NCBI GenBank assembly: GCA_022565335.1
Contig: JAIUMY010000004.1
Span: forward strand, 809 to 64,808
Source: Opitutales bacterium
Lineage (GTDB): Bacteria; Verrucomicrobiota; Verrucomicrobiia; Opitutales; T3Sed10-336
Direction: 5' to 3'
DNA: 64,000 bases
Shown here: positions 1-9,836 of the stretch, one piece after another
How positions within the stretch are numbered: the stretch's first letter is position 1
How the letters are laid out: every line of letters starts with the position of its first letter
Notes under the pieces: model-generated
Databases searched by the model: none
What the model saw: only the letters and a program-made list of their open reading frames with translations
What the model was told of the DNA's origin: nothing
Made by a program: the position numbers and the translations under genes

Positions 1-864
1 GGCGGCCAGTTGTGTCGCCAGGAGCCAGCTTTGTTGATCGTCGTCGCCTTCCAGAAGCCGCCAGGCGAAAGTGGCATGAAAAACATCCCCGGCCCCGTTG
101 GTGTCGATGGCTTCGACCGAAAAAGCCGGGAAATGCCGCACCGCACCGTCGGCCAGACGGGCCCAACTCCCCTCCTCGCCCTGGGTTATGCCTAGGCGGC
201 GAAATGGTCCCCAGCGCTTTTCCATTTCGTCCATCGCCTGCCGGGGATCCAATCCGGGAAAGTATTGTTCGGCAAAACGGGACGAGACAATAAGATCGTC
301 AACCGCTGGCAAAACCTTGTCGTCGGTGTCTTTGCGGGACCCTCCATCAAAAAGGATCGGAATGCCGTGGGCCTTGGCAATATTCACCGCTTCAATCACC
401 AACTCGCCCCCATGGCCATCAAGGTAAAGCAGACGGGCCCCGGACAAAATTTGCCGGGCCTCGGGGGAGAGGTTCCGTGTTTTCTCCATGACCCCGGTGT
501 TTTTCCAGAGAATGGTCCGGCGGGCCGATTCGGTTTCGACCCAAACCAACGCGACGTTGGTGCCGTCGGCCTCTCCGCCAACGGGGGGATGGTAGCGAAC
601 ATTCCGGGAGACCATCTCGTTGCGCAGGTATTGTCCCCAAAGATCCGTTCCGCAAACCCCGCTAAAATGCACCTCCCAGCCTTTCCAGGCGAGAAAGACA
701 GCCCCGGTAAAGACCGGACCACCGGGGTGAATGGTCAGGCAATCGGCTTCGACCTTGGTATCCGGAAGAGGAAACTGTCCGACTTCGGTCACCAGATCCA
801 TGGTTGCCGCGCCCAGGCAGAAAACCTTTTTCGTATCGGTTGGGGGTCCGGCCTCAGCTTTCAT
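1..864 (-). CDS. PfkB-family carbohydrate kinase (ribokinase/fructokinase-like); C-terminus cut by window edge
   Basis: Absent from the ORF track because it has no stop in the window. My own minus-strand translation from ATG 864 gives MKAEAGPPTDTKKVFCLGAATMDLVTEVGQFPLPDTKVEADC...LYLDGHGGE...DTNGAGDVFHATFAW, and the frame stays open to nt 1. The DTxGAGD motif is typical of PfkB sugar kinases. The start overlaps the upstream epimerase stop by 11 nt. Confidence 0.7.
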   Translation of the reverse strand, partial: MKAEAGPPTDTKKVFCLGAATMDLVTEVGQFPLPDTKVEADCLTIHPGGPVFTGAVFLAWKGWEVHFSGVCGTDLWGQYLRNEMVSRNVRYHPPVGGEADGTNVALVWVETESARRTILWKNTGVMEKTRNLSPEARQILSGARLLYLDGHGGELVIEAVNIAKAHGIPILFDGGSRKDTDDKVLPAVDDLIVSSRFAEQYFPGLDPRQAMDEMEKRWGPFRRLGITQGEEGSWARLADGAVRHFPAFSVEAIDTNGAGDVFHATFAWRLLEGDDDQQSWLLATQLAA

Positions 865-1849
865 AATAGGAACGGAACCACTCGACGAATTCCCCGATCC
901 CGGTGTCCAAATCAGTTTTGGGATGATACCCGATCAACTCCTGCAACCTGCTGATATCGCAAAAGGTTTCTTCCATATCACCGGGCTGCATGGGGTGCAT
1001 CTCCAGCACCGCTTCTTTCTGCAAATGCCGCTCCAGGGTGCGGATAAAGTCCATCAAATCCACCGGAGCCCCTTTGCCAATGTTACAAACCCGGCACGGG
1101 CTCTGCCCTTTGGAAGCGGTGGGGGGGCAATCCATCAATCGGACAATGGCCTCCACCACATCGCCCACATAAGTAAAATCCCGACGCATTTTCCCGTGGT
1201 TGAAGACCTTGATCGGTTTTCCTTGCGAAATCGCCGAAGCAAAAAGAATGGGTGCCATATCGGGACGTCCCCAGGGACCATAAACGGTAAAAAAGCGCAG
1301 CCCGGTGGCGGGGATTTGGTAAATCTCACTGTAGGCATGGGCCATGACTTCGTTGCACTGCTTGGTGGCGGCGTAGAAGGAAACCGGCTGGTCGGTTTTT
1401 TGGCTTTCGCTAAAGGGGATCTCTCCGCTTCGCCCGTACACCGAACTGCTGGAGGCATAAATGAGATGTTTCACCGGAAACTGGCGACAGCCTTCCAACA
1501 ATGAGAAAAACCCGTCCAGATTGGAGGAAAAGTAGGCGGCGGGGTTTTCGATGCTGTAACGAACCCCGGCTTGGGCGCCCATCGCCAGAACCAGATCAAA
1601 GCCCTCCTCCGCGAATAATTGGAGAACGGCCTCGCGGTTGGCCAGGTCCATGGGCAGAAAACGGAATCCCGGCGGATTGCCCAGATCGGCCAGACGGGCC
1701 TCCTTCAGGGAAACCGGATAATAGTCGTTGAGGTTGTCGATGCCCACCACCTCGTGGCCACCCTGTCTGGTCAAAACCTTGGCCAGATGATACCCCACAA
1801 ATCCCGCAACTCCGGTCAGTAAAATCTTCACTCTTTCAGAAAGTGCCAT
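854..1849 (-). CDS. NAD-dependent epimerase/dehydratase (UDP-glucuronate/UDP-sugar 4-epimerase-like)
   Basis: Rossmann motif ILLTGVAGFVGYHL and SDR catalytic YxxxK (YAATK). The preferred start is ATG 1849 (MALSERVKILLTG), not the track start at 1942. Confidence 0.85.
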   Translation of the reverse strand: MALSERVKILLTGVAGFVGYHLAKVLTRQGGHEVVGIDNLNDYYPVSLKEARLADLGNPPGFRFLPMDLANREAVLQLFAEEGFDLVLAMGAQAGVRYSIENPAAYFSSNLDGFFSLLEGCRQFPVKHLIYASSSSVYGRSGEIPFSESQKTDQPVSFYAATKQCNEVMAHAYSEIYQIPATGLRFFTVYGPWGRPDMAPILFASAISQGKPIKVFNHGKMRRDFTYVGDVVEAIVRLMDCPPTASKGQSPCRVCNIGKGAPVDLMDFIRTLERHLQKEAVLEMHPMQPGDMEETFCDISRLQELIGYHPKTDLDTGIGEFVEWFRSYYES

Positions 1850-2024
1850 CGAGCTTGCGTGATCAAGGCTATTTACGGCGAAAGTCGGAAAAGTTTTGCG
1901 GAAAGGAATGGCCTGCGGCAGGGATGAACCGTAAGCAACCATCAGGTGGACTTCAAGGGCAGAGGTCGGTGGTCAGAGGATCGGAAACGTGGGCACCCCC
2001 AACAACCACTCGAGCTCGGAGAGA

Positions 2025-2086
2025 CCCTCGCCCTCCCGAAGAGAGCCTGGCCCTCTCGGACACGCCCTCGCCCTCCCGAGGAGGGC
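2025..2086. repeat. GC-rich 15-nt direct repeat CCCTCGCCCTCCCGA (2025-2039, 2065-2079); the second copy forms a 7-bp hairpin (2068-2086)
   Basis: Seen directly in the sequence. It lies immediately downstream (minus sense) of the LmbE-like gene stop. There is no U-run, so it is not called a terminator. Confidence 0.6.
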
Positions 2087-2093
2087 GAAGGCC

Positions 2094-3002
2094 TTAGATT
2101 ACCCCCAAATCCCGGGCGGGGTCTGAATGGGTACTGAGGAAGGGCTCTGCCGGGGAGGCTTTGGTCAATTCGTGGGTTTTCCAGAAACTGAGGCGATACA
2201 GGGTGGCGAAACAAAAGTCCGGAGCGGGAGCCCCCGGGCCGCCAAGCAATTCGGCTCCCCGGCGAACGGTATCCATCATCCAGGCCGGGAGGGTCAGGTG
2301 GTAGGGATTGCGGGCCACTTCCCCCACATGACACGAAAGCGCGGCGACCAAATCGCCTACCTGGGCAGCACTCCCCTGTACGAGCAGGTTTGGATCGGTC
2401 ATGGGATGCCAGTATTCGGTTTCGATGAGGGCGCAGCGAAAATCAACCGGCATTTGCAGAAGGACACGGGAGAGCTTTTCGCGAACCCGAATGTGCTGCG
2501 GATGCCCGTCGGTACGGTGCGGGGTGAAGATCGCCGCCGGGCGGCGGGTTTGCAACCATTCCAAAAGAGCCCCCTCCGCCCAATGATTTGAATCCGTGGA
2601 GAGTTCCCCGGCTACCCTCCAACCTAAAAAACTGACCGCCTTCTCTAGTTCCTTCCGCCGGGCGGCCCGTCGTTCCTTTTTGCTCCCCCAACCCATGGGT
2701 AACACACAAATCTGCCATCCCGCTTCCCGGGCCAGCCGCAGAGGCCATAGGCCGGTAATACACTCGTCGTCGGGATGGGGTGCCAGAATCACCGCCAGGG
2801 GACCCTGGGCAGTCGGTTTCACCTCCTTGGCGGTTGAAGAAAACTCCGGTGGGCCCCATTTCCTTGCCTCCCCCCAGCGTTTCTCCAGATCGGCAACATA
2901 CTGACGAAATGAGTTCTGCATAGACTTTACTTTTATTCCCCCGAAAGCCTCCCGGCAAGAGCCCTTTGCGGAGGAAAATTTTCCGTAAAAGGTTCTGGTC
3001 AC
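2094..3002 (-). CDS. PIG-L/LmbE-family N-acetylglucosaminyl deacetylase-like protein
   Basis: Zinc-site motif AVILAPHPDDECITG and a downstream DGHPQH motif. The start is uncertain; ATG 2921 (MQNSF...) is the alternative. Confidence 0.75.
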   Translation of the reverse strand: MTRTFYGKFSSAKGSCREAFGGIKVKSMQNSFRQYVADLEKRWGEARKWGPPEFSSTAKEVKPTAQGPLAVILAPHPDDECITGLWPLRLAREAGWQICVLPMGWGSKKERRAARRKELEKAVSFLGWRVAGELSTDSNHWAEGALLEWLQTRRPAAIFTPHRTDGHPQHIRVREKLSRVLLQMPVDFRCALIETEYWHPMTDPNLLVQGSAAQVGDLVAALSCHVGEVARNPYHLTLPAWMMDTVRRGAELLGGPGAPAPDFCFATLYRLSFWKTHELTKASPAEPFLSTHSDPARDLGVI

Positions 3003-3031
3003 CCAGCGGGAAAAGCCTTTAGCCTAACAAA

Positions 3032-5425
3032 ATGATGAACCAAGAACCTCATACTCTCCACCCGACCGATGAAGAACGCGCGGTTCTTTACGATTTTCTC
3101 CGCCGTGTTCGCGACAGCGGAAAACAATTTTTCCTGCAATCGGATATTCAAAGCCACCTGGACGATTGCGAGGGGAGCGAAGACATTTCGCAAAAATCCC
3201 CCATCATGGAGGTTCTTCGGCATGGCATGAACGCCGTTTTCCGGGACCCTTGGCTCATCGTTCATTATCGCCCGAGCATCGGCAAATGGCGGTTTGGTCG
3301 CTTTCATGTTGATGATTTGATGTGTGAACGGATCGGGGTGAATGAGTTCATGCAATTCTGTGAAACGGCGGTCAACAAAACCGATCTCCCCCCCGAATGG
3401 GGTATCGAGTTCAATGCCCAGCCCTTTCTGAAGGATGTGCCTCTACTGAAAGATAAAAAACAAATCGGTCGCGGGGTGGAATACCTGAACAAAACCCTCG
3501 CCAACCGGCTCTTTGCGGACACCGGGAAACGAGCCAAGACCTTGTTGGATTTTCTCCGCGTTCATCAGCATCGGGGGGAGAAATTCATGCTCTCGGACCG
3601 AATGAGTACCACTGAAGAGCTGTTCGAAGCAATTGAATCGGCCGAGGAATACCTTCAACAGCAAGATGACGAGGCTTTGTGGAGTGATGTTCGCGCCGAA
3701 ATGAATACGCTCGGTTTTGAGGCCGGTTGGGGGGACAAAGTTGCGCGGATTCGCGAAACGATCGGACTCCTCTCGGAAATCCTGGATGCCCCTGATCCCC
3801 AGACGGTGGAGGAGTTCCTGCGCCGGATCCCGATGATTTTCAATGTGGTGATTTTCAGTCCCCACGGGTATTTCGGCCAATCCAAAGTCCTCGGCTTGCC
3901 CGATACCGGTGGTCAGATTGTGTACATTCTCGACCAGGTCCGCGCCCTGGAGAAAGAGATGCGGGCCCGCATTCAGCAACAGGGGCTGGATATCGAACCG
4001 CAGATCCTCGTCCTCACCCGGCTCATTCCGGAGGCCAGCGACACCGGTTGCGATGTCCCCGAGGAACATATCAATGGCACCGAAAACGCCCGCATTCTCC
4101 GCGTTCCCTTTACCAACGAGAATGGCGAGGTGGTCCCCCAGTGGATCTCCCGTTTTCACATCTGGCCCTACCTGGAACAATACACCCTCGATGCAGAGCG
4201 GCTGATTCTGGCCGAATTGGGCAACAAACCGGACCTGATCATCGGCAATTACTCGGACGGTAATCTGGTCGGCACTTTGATGGCCCAACGTCTCGGAGTT
4301 ACCCAATGCAATATTGCCCACGCTTTGGAAAAGACCAAGTACCTCTATTCGGACCTCTTTTGGAAAGAGAATGAAGAGGCGTACAATTTCTCCGCTCATT
4401 TTACCGCGGATCTGCTGGCCATGAATGCCGCGGACTTCATCATCACCTCAACCTACCAGGAAATTGCCGGCAACAATGAGAGTATGGGACAATATGAGTC
4501 CTACATGGCCTACACCATGCCCAGCCTCTATCGGGTCCCCAAGGGGATTGATGTCTTTGACCCCAAATTCAACATCGTCTCTCCCGGTGCGGATGAAAAG
4601 GTGTACTTTCCTTACACGAAGAAAAAACAGCGGATTGCCGGTCTCAAGGAAGACATTGAGACCCTCCTTCACGGAGATTTTCCGGAGGCGATTTCCCATT
4701 TCGAAGATCGGGAGAAACCCCTCATCTTTTTAATGTCCCGACTCGACAAGGTGAAAAATGTGACCGGTTTTGTGGAGTGGTATGGTCGCCATAAGGAACT
4801 GCAGGAGCTGGCGAATGTATTTATCATTGCCGGCAACACGGTGTATGAGAAATCTGACGACGAGGAGGAAAAGGCTCAGATCAAACGTTTCTACGATCTT
4901 ATTGAAACGCACCAACTGCGAGGAAAACTTCGTTGGGTGCCCAAACAATCCGACAAGATCTTCAACGGTGAACTCTATCGCGTTATCGCGGAACGAGGGG
5001 GAATTTTTGTGCAGCCTGCCCTATTTGAGGCCTTTGGACTGACCGTAATTGAAGCCATGACTTCCGGACTACCCACTTTCGCCACCGTCTTTGGGGGCCC
5101 GCTGGAGATCATCGAGGAAGGCCAAAGCGGATTCCATATCGACCCGAACAAAGGCGATGAAGCCGCCGAGAAAATGGCGGAGTTTTTCCGCCGCTGCCAG
5201 AAAGAAAAAGACTATTGGTCCCAGATTTCCAAGGGCGGCATCGATCGCGTTGAGGAATGTTATACCTGGCGTTTATACGCCTCCCGGCTGATGACGCTCT
5301 CCCGCGTTTATGGGTTCTGGAAGTTTGTCACCAACCTCGACCGTGCGGGAACACGGGCCTACGACAGCCTCTTCTACAACAGCGTATACCGCCCCATCGT
5401 AGAAAAGATCAGCGAACGAAAATAG
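3032..5425 (+). CDS. Sucrose synthase (GT4, NDP-glucose:fructose glucosyltransferase)
   Basis: 797 aa. The signature [41 protein letters not shown]...ILRVPF...[12 protein letters not shown] matches the plant/cyanobacterial SuSy pattern. The C-terminal GT-B part contains [23 protein letters not shown]. Confidence 0.9.
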   Translation: MMNQEPHTLHPTDEERAVLYDFLRRVRDSGKQFFLQSDIQSHLDDCEGSEDISQKSPIMEVLRHGMNAVFRDPWLIVHYRPSIGKWRFGRFHVDDLMCERIGVNEFMQFCETAVNKTDLPPEWGIEFNAQPFLKDVPLLKDKKQIGRGVEYLNKTLANRLFADTGKRAKTLLDFLRVHQHRGEKFMLSDRMSTTEELFEAIESAEEYLQQQDDEALWSDVRAEMNTLGFEAGWGDKVARIRETIGLLSEILDAPDPQTVEEFLRRIPMIFNVVIFSPHGYFGQSKVLGLPDTGGQIVYILDQVRALEKEMRARIQQQGLDIEPQILVLTRLIPEASDTGCDVPEEHINGTENARILRVPFTNENGEVVPQWISRFHIWPYLEQYTLDAERLILAELGNKPDLIIGNYSDGNLVGTLMAQRLGVTQCNIAHALEKTKYLYSDLFWKENEEAYNFSAHFTADLLAMNAADFIITSTYQEIAGNNESMGQYESYMAYTMPSLYRVPKGIDVFDPKFNIVSPGADEKVYFPYTKKKQRIAGLKEDIETLLHGDFPEAISHFEDREKPLIFLMSRLDKVKNVTGFVEWYGRHKELQELANVFIIAGNTVYEKSDDEEEKAQIKRFYDLIETHQLRGKLRWVPKQSDKIFNGELYRVIAERGGIFVQPALFEAFGLTVIEAMTSGLPTFATVFGGPLEIIEEGQSGFHIDPNKGDEAAEKMAEFFRRCQKEKDYWSQISKGGIDRVEECYTWRLYASRLMTLSRVYGFWKFVTNLDRAGTRAYDSLFYNSVYRPIVEKISERK

Positions 5426-5624
5426 AGGGGGTTCCCTGGGAGGACGTGGGTCTCTCCGAGATCGAGTGGTCGGGTTGTGGTTCGTATTCTTACCGGGCGA
5501 TCCTCTACCCGGCGGATACAGTTTGGGAATCTACGTAGATGACCCAAACCGCGGCTGAAGCCTGCGGCTACAATACTTGCGGATACTTGGCTCAGATGTC
5601 TTTAGCCCCCGCGTTGGGGTCACT

Positions 5625-6662
5625 TTACAAAAGGCCGGTTTCCTCGGGGAAGTCGTACCAGAGGTTGAAAATTTGTACGGCTTGGCCGCCGGCTCCCTTC
5701 ATGAGGTTGTCCTCGGCACTGGTGATGACAAAGCGATTGGTCCGGGGATCATGCGTGGCGGCCATTTCAATGCGGTTGGTGCCAACCACATGAGCGGTGT
5801 CGGGGGTTTCGGCAGGCCCGAGCACTGAAACCATCGGTTTACCCGCATAAGCCTTCTCCCAGGCCTCGTAAAGGGCTTCCAAGGTCGACTCGCCCGCCGG
5901 GCTGACAATCGTGGTGGCAATGCCCCGACGCATCGGTGCCAAATGGGGCGAAAACTGCACCACAATTTCCCGGTTAACGGCCAAACTGAGCTGTTCCTCG
6001 ATCTCCGAAAGATGACGATGACGCGGAATGCCATACGCCTTGATACTCTCACTGCGCTCGCAGAAAAGAAAATTTTCGGCCAGCTTCTTCCCCGCCCCGC
6101 TGATGCCGCTGAGGGAGTTGATGATCAAATCCTCCCCGCTCAAAACGCTTTCTTTGAGAAGCGGGAGCAAGGGCAAAAGAATACTCGTAGGATAGCACCC
6201 CGGGCAGGCGATAAGATTCGCCTCCTTCCATACCGGCGAGGAGATCTCCGGCAGGACATAAGGGGTTGCGGGCAAGAGGTCGGGACGCGGATGCGGCTGT
6301 CCATAATAGGCCTCGTATAACTCGGGTGAAAACAACCGGAAATCCGCACTCAGATCGATTACCCGTTTGCCCGCCTGCAACAAGGGTTCGGCGAACTCGG
6401 CGGAAACGCCATGCGGCAAGGCCAGAAAAAAAACTTCAACGGAATTGTCGGGACTCAACAAAACCTCCATCTCCGGGGCCACGAAGTTGAGATCGCCGGT
6501 GTATCCGCGAACCGTCGGCAACGCATCGGCAACCTTGCGGCCAGCCATTTTCCGCGAAGCGGCCAAGACCAAATCCACTCCGGGATGACGGGCCAGAAGT
6601 TTTACTAAAAGCTCTCCGGAATATCCAGAGGCTCCGATGATACCACATTTGATTGTTTTCAC
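5625..6662 (-). CDS. argC: N-acetyl-gamma-glutamyl-phosphate reductase
   Basis: N-terminal IIGASGYSGELLVKLLARHP and active-site ACPGCYPTS; 345 aa. Confidence 0.9.
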   Translation of the reverse strand: MKTIKCGIIGASGYSGELLVKLLARHPGVDLVLAASRKMAGRKVADALPTVRGYTGDLNFVAPEMEVLLSPDNSVEVFFLALPHGVSAEFAEPLLQAGKRVIDLSADFRLFSPELYEAYYGQPHPRPDLLPATPYVLPEISSPVWKEANLIACPGCYPTSILLPLLPLLKESVLSGEDLIINSLSGISGAGKKLAENFLFCERSESIKAYGIPRHRHLSEIEEQLSLAVNREIVVQFSPHLAPMRRGIATTIVSPAGESTLEALYEAWEKAYAGKPMVSVLGPAETPDTAHVVGTNRIEMAATHDPRTNRFVITSAEDNLMKGAGGQAVQIFNLWYDFPEETGLL

Positions 6663-6763
6663 GAAAAGGATCTTACACGAATTAGCGGGTAGGCCGCCAG
6701 TCCAGAGAACCAGCGAACCAAACAGTAGTCTTTTACAATAAACAAGATCGGCACCCTTCCCAA

Positions 6764-6795
6764 GAAAAAAAGCCGCCCTCCCGAAGGAGGACGGC
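6764..6795 (-). terminator. Rho-independent terminator downstream of rpsI
   Basis: On the minus strand: GCCGUCCUCC-UUCG-GGAGGGCGGC (10-bp stem with one G-U pair) followed by UUUUUUU. Confidence 0.65.
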
Positions 6796-6821
6796 CTGGA
6801 TGAGGGGAAAGTCGAAAAAAC

Positions 6822-7229
6822 TTAACGCTTGGAGAACTGGAAGCGCTTGCGGGCTCCGGGTTGTCCGGGTTTCTTGCGCTCGCGTTCGCGGGGATCGCGG
6901 CGTAGCAAACCGTCCTTCTTAAGAGCTCCACGGAGTTCCGGATCGAGCTTCAGAAGTGCCCGGGCCACGCCCAAGGAGGCCGCCGAAGCTTGGCCATGGG
7001 GGCCTCCGCCATTGACCAGAATGCGCAGGGAAATTTCACCTTTTTTCTCGGCAACTTCCAAAGGGCGCAAAACGGTTTTTTGCAAAAGCTCAGTAGGGAA
7101 AAATTCCTCGAAAGGTTTGTTGTTTACCGTGATCTCAGCACCCCCCGGAGAAAGGCGAACACGGGAGGTCGCAGTTTTGCGACGACCAACAGCAGTTAAA
7201 ACAGTAGCGGTTTCAGCAGTATCACTCAT
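6822..7229 (-). CDS. rpsI: 30S ribosomal protein S9
   Basis: 135 aa with the typical C-terminus ...RRDPRERERKKPGQPGARKRFQFSKR. Confidence 0.95.
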   Translation of the reverse strand: MSDTAETATVLTAVGRRKTATSRVRLSPGGAEITVNNKPFEEFFPTELLQKTVLRPLEVAEKKGEISLRILVNGGGPHGQASAASLGVARALLKLDPELRGALKKDGLLRRDPRERERKKPGQPGARKRFQFSKR

Positions 7230-7244
7230 AGGAAGAAATTTATT

Positions 7245-7673
7245 TTACAGGGAGAGGGTTTCCGGCTCCTGAGCTTCGTGGGGATGCTCACTGCCCCCAT
7301 AGACTTTCAGTTTTTTAAGCATTTGACGAGCCAAACGGTTCTTGGGAAGCATCCCTTTGACGGCATGCTCTATAATGAAAGCCGGATTCTTTTCACGGTA
7401 TTCGGCCACCGTGCGGTAGGACTCACCCCCCACATAGCCGCTGAAGAACATGTATTCTTTTTGAATATCCTTCTTACCGGTCAGACGGATCTTTTCGGCA
7501 TTGATGACGATGACAAAATCACCCGTATCCACATGCGGTGTATAGATCGGCCGGTGACGGCCACGCAAAATATTGGCAATTTTTACCGATAGGCGCCCGA
7601 GCACTTGGTCTGTCGCGTCGACAATATACCATTTCGGCTGGGTGGTTTCTTTCTTGGCTAAAGTACTTTTCAT
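7245..7673 (-). CDS. rplM: 50S ribosomal protein L13
   Basis: 142 aa with [48 protein letters not shown]. It sits in the conserved rplM-rpsI order. Confidence 0.95.
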   Translation of the reverse strand: MKSTLAKKETTQPKWYIVDATDQVLGRLSVKIANILRGRHRPIYTPHVDTGDFVIVINAEKIRLTGKKDIQKEYMFFSGYVGGESYRTVAEYREKNPAFIIEHAVKGMLPKNRLARQMLKKLKVYGGSEHPHEAQEPETLSL

Positions 7674-7808
7674 TGGAAAAAAGGATGAAAGTGAAGAATT
7701 CCCCCGCCGCTGTCAAACAGGAAAAAACGCCAAACGCAAAAAAAGCGATAGAGACTGACTTTATTCTTGCCGCGCGGATCATTTTCCTCCTATTTTGAAA
7801 GCTTCATT

Positions 7809-7883
7809 GCACCCATAGTTCAATGGATAGAACATCGGCCTCCGGAGCCGAAGATTTGGGTTCGACTCCCGATGGGTGTACCA
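7809..7883 (+). tRNA. tRNA-Arg (anticodon CCG), CCA encoded
   Basis: Cloverleaf folded by hand. Acceptor GCACCCA/TGGGTGT, D-arm GTTC/GAAC, anticodon arm TCGGC-CTCCGGA-GCCGA, T-arm TTGGG-TTCGACT-CCCGA. Confidence 0.9.
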
Positions 7884-7894
7884 TTCACTTTATC

Positions 7895-7928
7895 AAAAAA
7901 AACCGCCAGACTCTTCTGGCGGTTTTTT
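7895..7928. terminator. Bidirectional intrinsic terminator between tRNA-Arg (+) and hsp20 (-)
   Basis: A8 run, then an 8-bp stem CCGCCAGA-CTCT-TCTGGCGG, then a T6 run. Confidence 0.75.
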
Positions 7929-7949
7929 GTGTGGGGAAGGAATCCGTTC

Positions 7950-8351
7950 TTAGCCTGCGTGGACTTTGATCTTCTGTGGTCGGGCCGGAGCACTCTTGGG
8001 CAGCAGGACCGAGAGAACGCCATCGCGGACCCGGGCCTCAATTTTCTCCTGATCGATTTCATCCGAAATCGTGAAGGAGCGCTCGAAGTCCCCCGCGACA
8101 TACTCCCGCATCCACGGGGTGCCCTCGGTGTGAACATCCTTGGCGGTTTCCGCGCGAATGGTGAGAACTCCATTTTCCAGGGTTATCTCGGTATTTGCCT
8201 CGGTAGCGCCGGGCACATCAGCTTCCAGCAGAAGAGCATCTTCGCGTTCGACAATGTCCACCGCAGGGGCAAAGACGGTACGGTTTTTGGTTCGTTCGAC
8301 CTTTTGTGGGGTCGATTCGGGTTTGGTTGCAACTTGGGTTTCCTTGCTCAT
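7950..8351 (-). CDS. Hsp20/alpha-crystallin small heat-shock protein
   Basis: 133 aa. The alpha-crystallin domain carries the C-terminal motif RVRDGVLSVLLPKS. Confidence 0.85.
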   Translation of the reverse strand: MSKETQVATKPESTPQKVERTKNRTVFAPAVDIVEREDALLLEADVPGATEANTEITLENGVLTIRAETAKDVHTEGTPWMREYVAGDFERSFTISDEIDQEKIEARVRDGVLSVLLPKSAPARPQKIKVHAG

Positions 8352-8434
8352 GATTTCCTCCTTTGGTTTGAGATTGCTTATTGGTTCCCCTCCCCCCTCC
8401 CGGAGTTGTCTTTCCGGAAGAGGGAAGGATTGGT

Positions 8435-8878
8435 TTAGTTCTTAATGGCGATCCGACGCGGCTTCTCCGCTTCCGCACGGGGCAGAGTCAGGTGAAGGAG
8501 TCCGTTCTGTAAGCGGGCTTCGACTTTCTCCGTATCGACACTGTAGGGCAGCTCCACAATACGGGTGAACTTGCCGTAGCGCCGTTCTTTCCGATGCCAG
8601 GTATCCTCGTCTTTGGGCTCCGGCGCTTTGCGCTCGCCCTTTAACGTAAGGGTGTCACCTTCCACCGAGATTTCAAAATCCTCGGCGGCCAGTCCTGGCA
8701 ATTCTGCCGTTACGGTCATCACCTCGTCATTGGTGCTGATGTTGAGGGCCGGAAAAACTTCGCTTTGGAAGTTTGGATCGAACCGCTCGAACATCTCATC
8801 AAAGAGCCGATGGAAGGGGGATTCGCTCCCCAGGGGACTCCAGCGGTTAAGGGTTGGTTTGTTGGTTCGTAAGATCAT
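8435..8878 (-). CDS. Hsp20/alpha-crystallin small heat-shock protein (second tandem copy)
   Basis: Contains ARLQNGLLHLTLPRAE. The start is set at ATG 8878 (MILRTNKP...), which is preceded by AAGGAGAA. The track start at 8947 is probably an upstream extension. Confidence 0.85.
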   Translation of the reverse strand: MILRTNKPTLNRWSPLGSESPFHRLFDEMFERFDPNFQSEVFPALNISTNDEVMTVTAELPGLAAEDFEISVEGDTLTLKGERKAPEPKDEDTWHRKERRYGKFTRIVELPYSVDTEKVEARLQNGLLHLTLPRAEAEKPRRIAIKN

Positions 8879-9167
8879 AGTGATTCTCCTTTCGATTAGT
8901 GGTTTTGGTTGACTTGCTTCGGCCCGAATGGGCGAAAGTAGATCCATCTCCTAAGTTGCATAAAACGTACCGCTCCAATCAAGACCAACGTTCAGCCCTC
9001 AATGGATATGCAAATCCTTTTTATAAAGTGACTTGTGATTTTCTTAGACCTTCCGAACGGAAATCAGAAGCTACCCGTGAGAGCCATTTTGGCACACTTG
9101 TGAACCGTTCCTGTTCTCGTTTTTCTCAGTTGAGAATCGTCCTTATATTCCGGGCCGCTATTGGCTT

Positions 9168-9761
9168 TTAGAGGCGGTGGCGGTATTCTGCGCCACGACG
9201 GTCTCTAAAAACAACAACCCCGCCGGCAACCTCAACAATCCGAAGCGAGTCGCCAAAGTGAACCTGCTCCTGCAGCCCATAAAATCTTCCGTTTATGATG
9301 ACCCGGCTATTCTCACCTGCCTCCCGAGCGGTGATGCTGGCGTTACGCAAATAGGTATCGACCTCGGGGTCCCGAGCCGCGGATGGTTCCGCGGAGTCTT
9401 CCTCTCGATCATCGGTGTCGTCGACCGCTTTTACCCGCCCTTCGCGATTTCCTGAGGGCCGGTCCGCAATTTCGGGGGACTCATCGTCCACCACCGGAGA
9501 GGTTTCAGGTGGATCACTAACATCGCTGGCGAGCCTTTCGGTCTCTTCTCCGGACACCATACGCCACACTTGCCAACCTCCTACACCAATGAGCCCAACC
9601 AACAAAACCGAGACCGCAAAAACCACCATAATCCCCTTGGCCGGAGCACTGGAGGTCGGCTGTGGAGAAGCCCCGGAAGAAAAACTTGCTCCCGGGGAAG
9701 ACAAATGATCCCCTTGTTGCCGCTGTTGGGCTTTTTTCAGCGCATCGTTTATGAGACTCAT
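9168..9761 (-). CDS. Membrane-anchored protein with GspB-like (T2SS protein B-type) ends
   Basis: N-terminal MSLINDALKKAQQRQQ, one TM segment (IMVVFAVSVLLVGLIGVGGW), an acidic linker, and a C-terminus VIINGRFYGLQEQVHFGDSLRIVEVAGGVVVFRD that resembles the GspB C-domain. Assigned by motif only. Confidence 0.4.
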   Translation of the reverse strand: MSLINDALKKAQQRQQGDHLSSPGASFSSGASPQPTSSAPAKGIMVVFAVSVLLVGLIGVGGWQVWRMVSGEETERLASDVSDPPETSPVVDDESPEIADRPSGNREGRVKAVDDTDDREEDSAEPSAARDPEVDTYLRNASITAREAGENSRVIINGRFYGLQEQVHFGDSLRIVEVAGGVVVFRDRRGAEYRHRL

Positions 9762-9836
9762 AAGAAAGAAAGACCCCTCTCCTTTAAAGGGAAAGGGGCT
9801 TTTAGGCAAAAGAAATTTCCAAACCTTGCGAAAGGT

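Noticed and set aside
1850-1942. N-terminal extensions given by the ORF track for several genes (854-1942, 8435-8947, 9168-9809, 11915-12925, 14454-15608, 15667-16377, 18813-19940, 34342-35559, 43418-44266, 46276-47574, 58508-58978).
   Set aside because: The internal ATGs coincide with the conserved family N-termini or signal peptides. They also remove overlaps with upstream genes. The longer forms add non-homologous leader residues.
9085-9110. The sigma-54-like string TGGCACACTTGTGAAC upstream of the hsp20 region, and searches for sigma-32/CIRCE/ROSE elements in 8879-9167.
   Set aside because: The spacing and the -12 element do not match TGGCAC-N5-TTGC. The string is on the strand with no downstream gene. 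No convincing heat-shock promoter or CIRCE inverted repeat was found.
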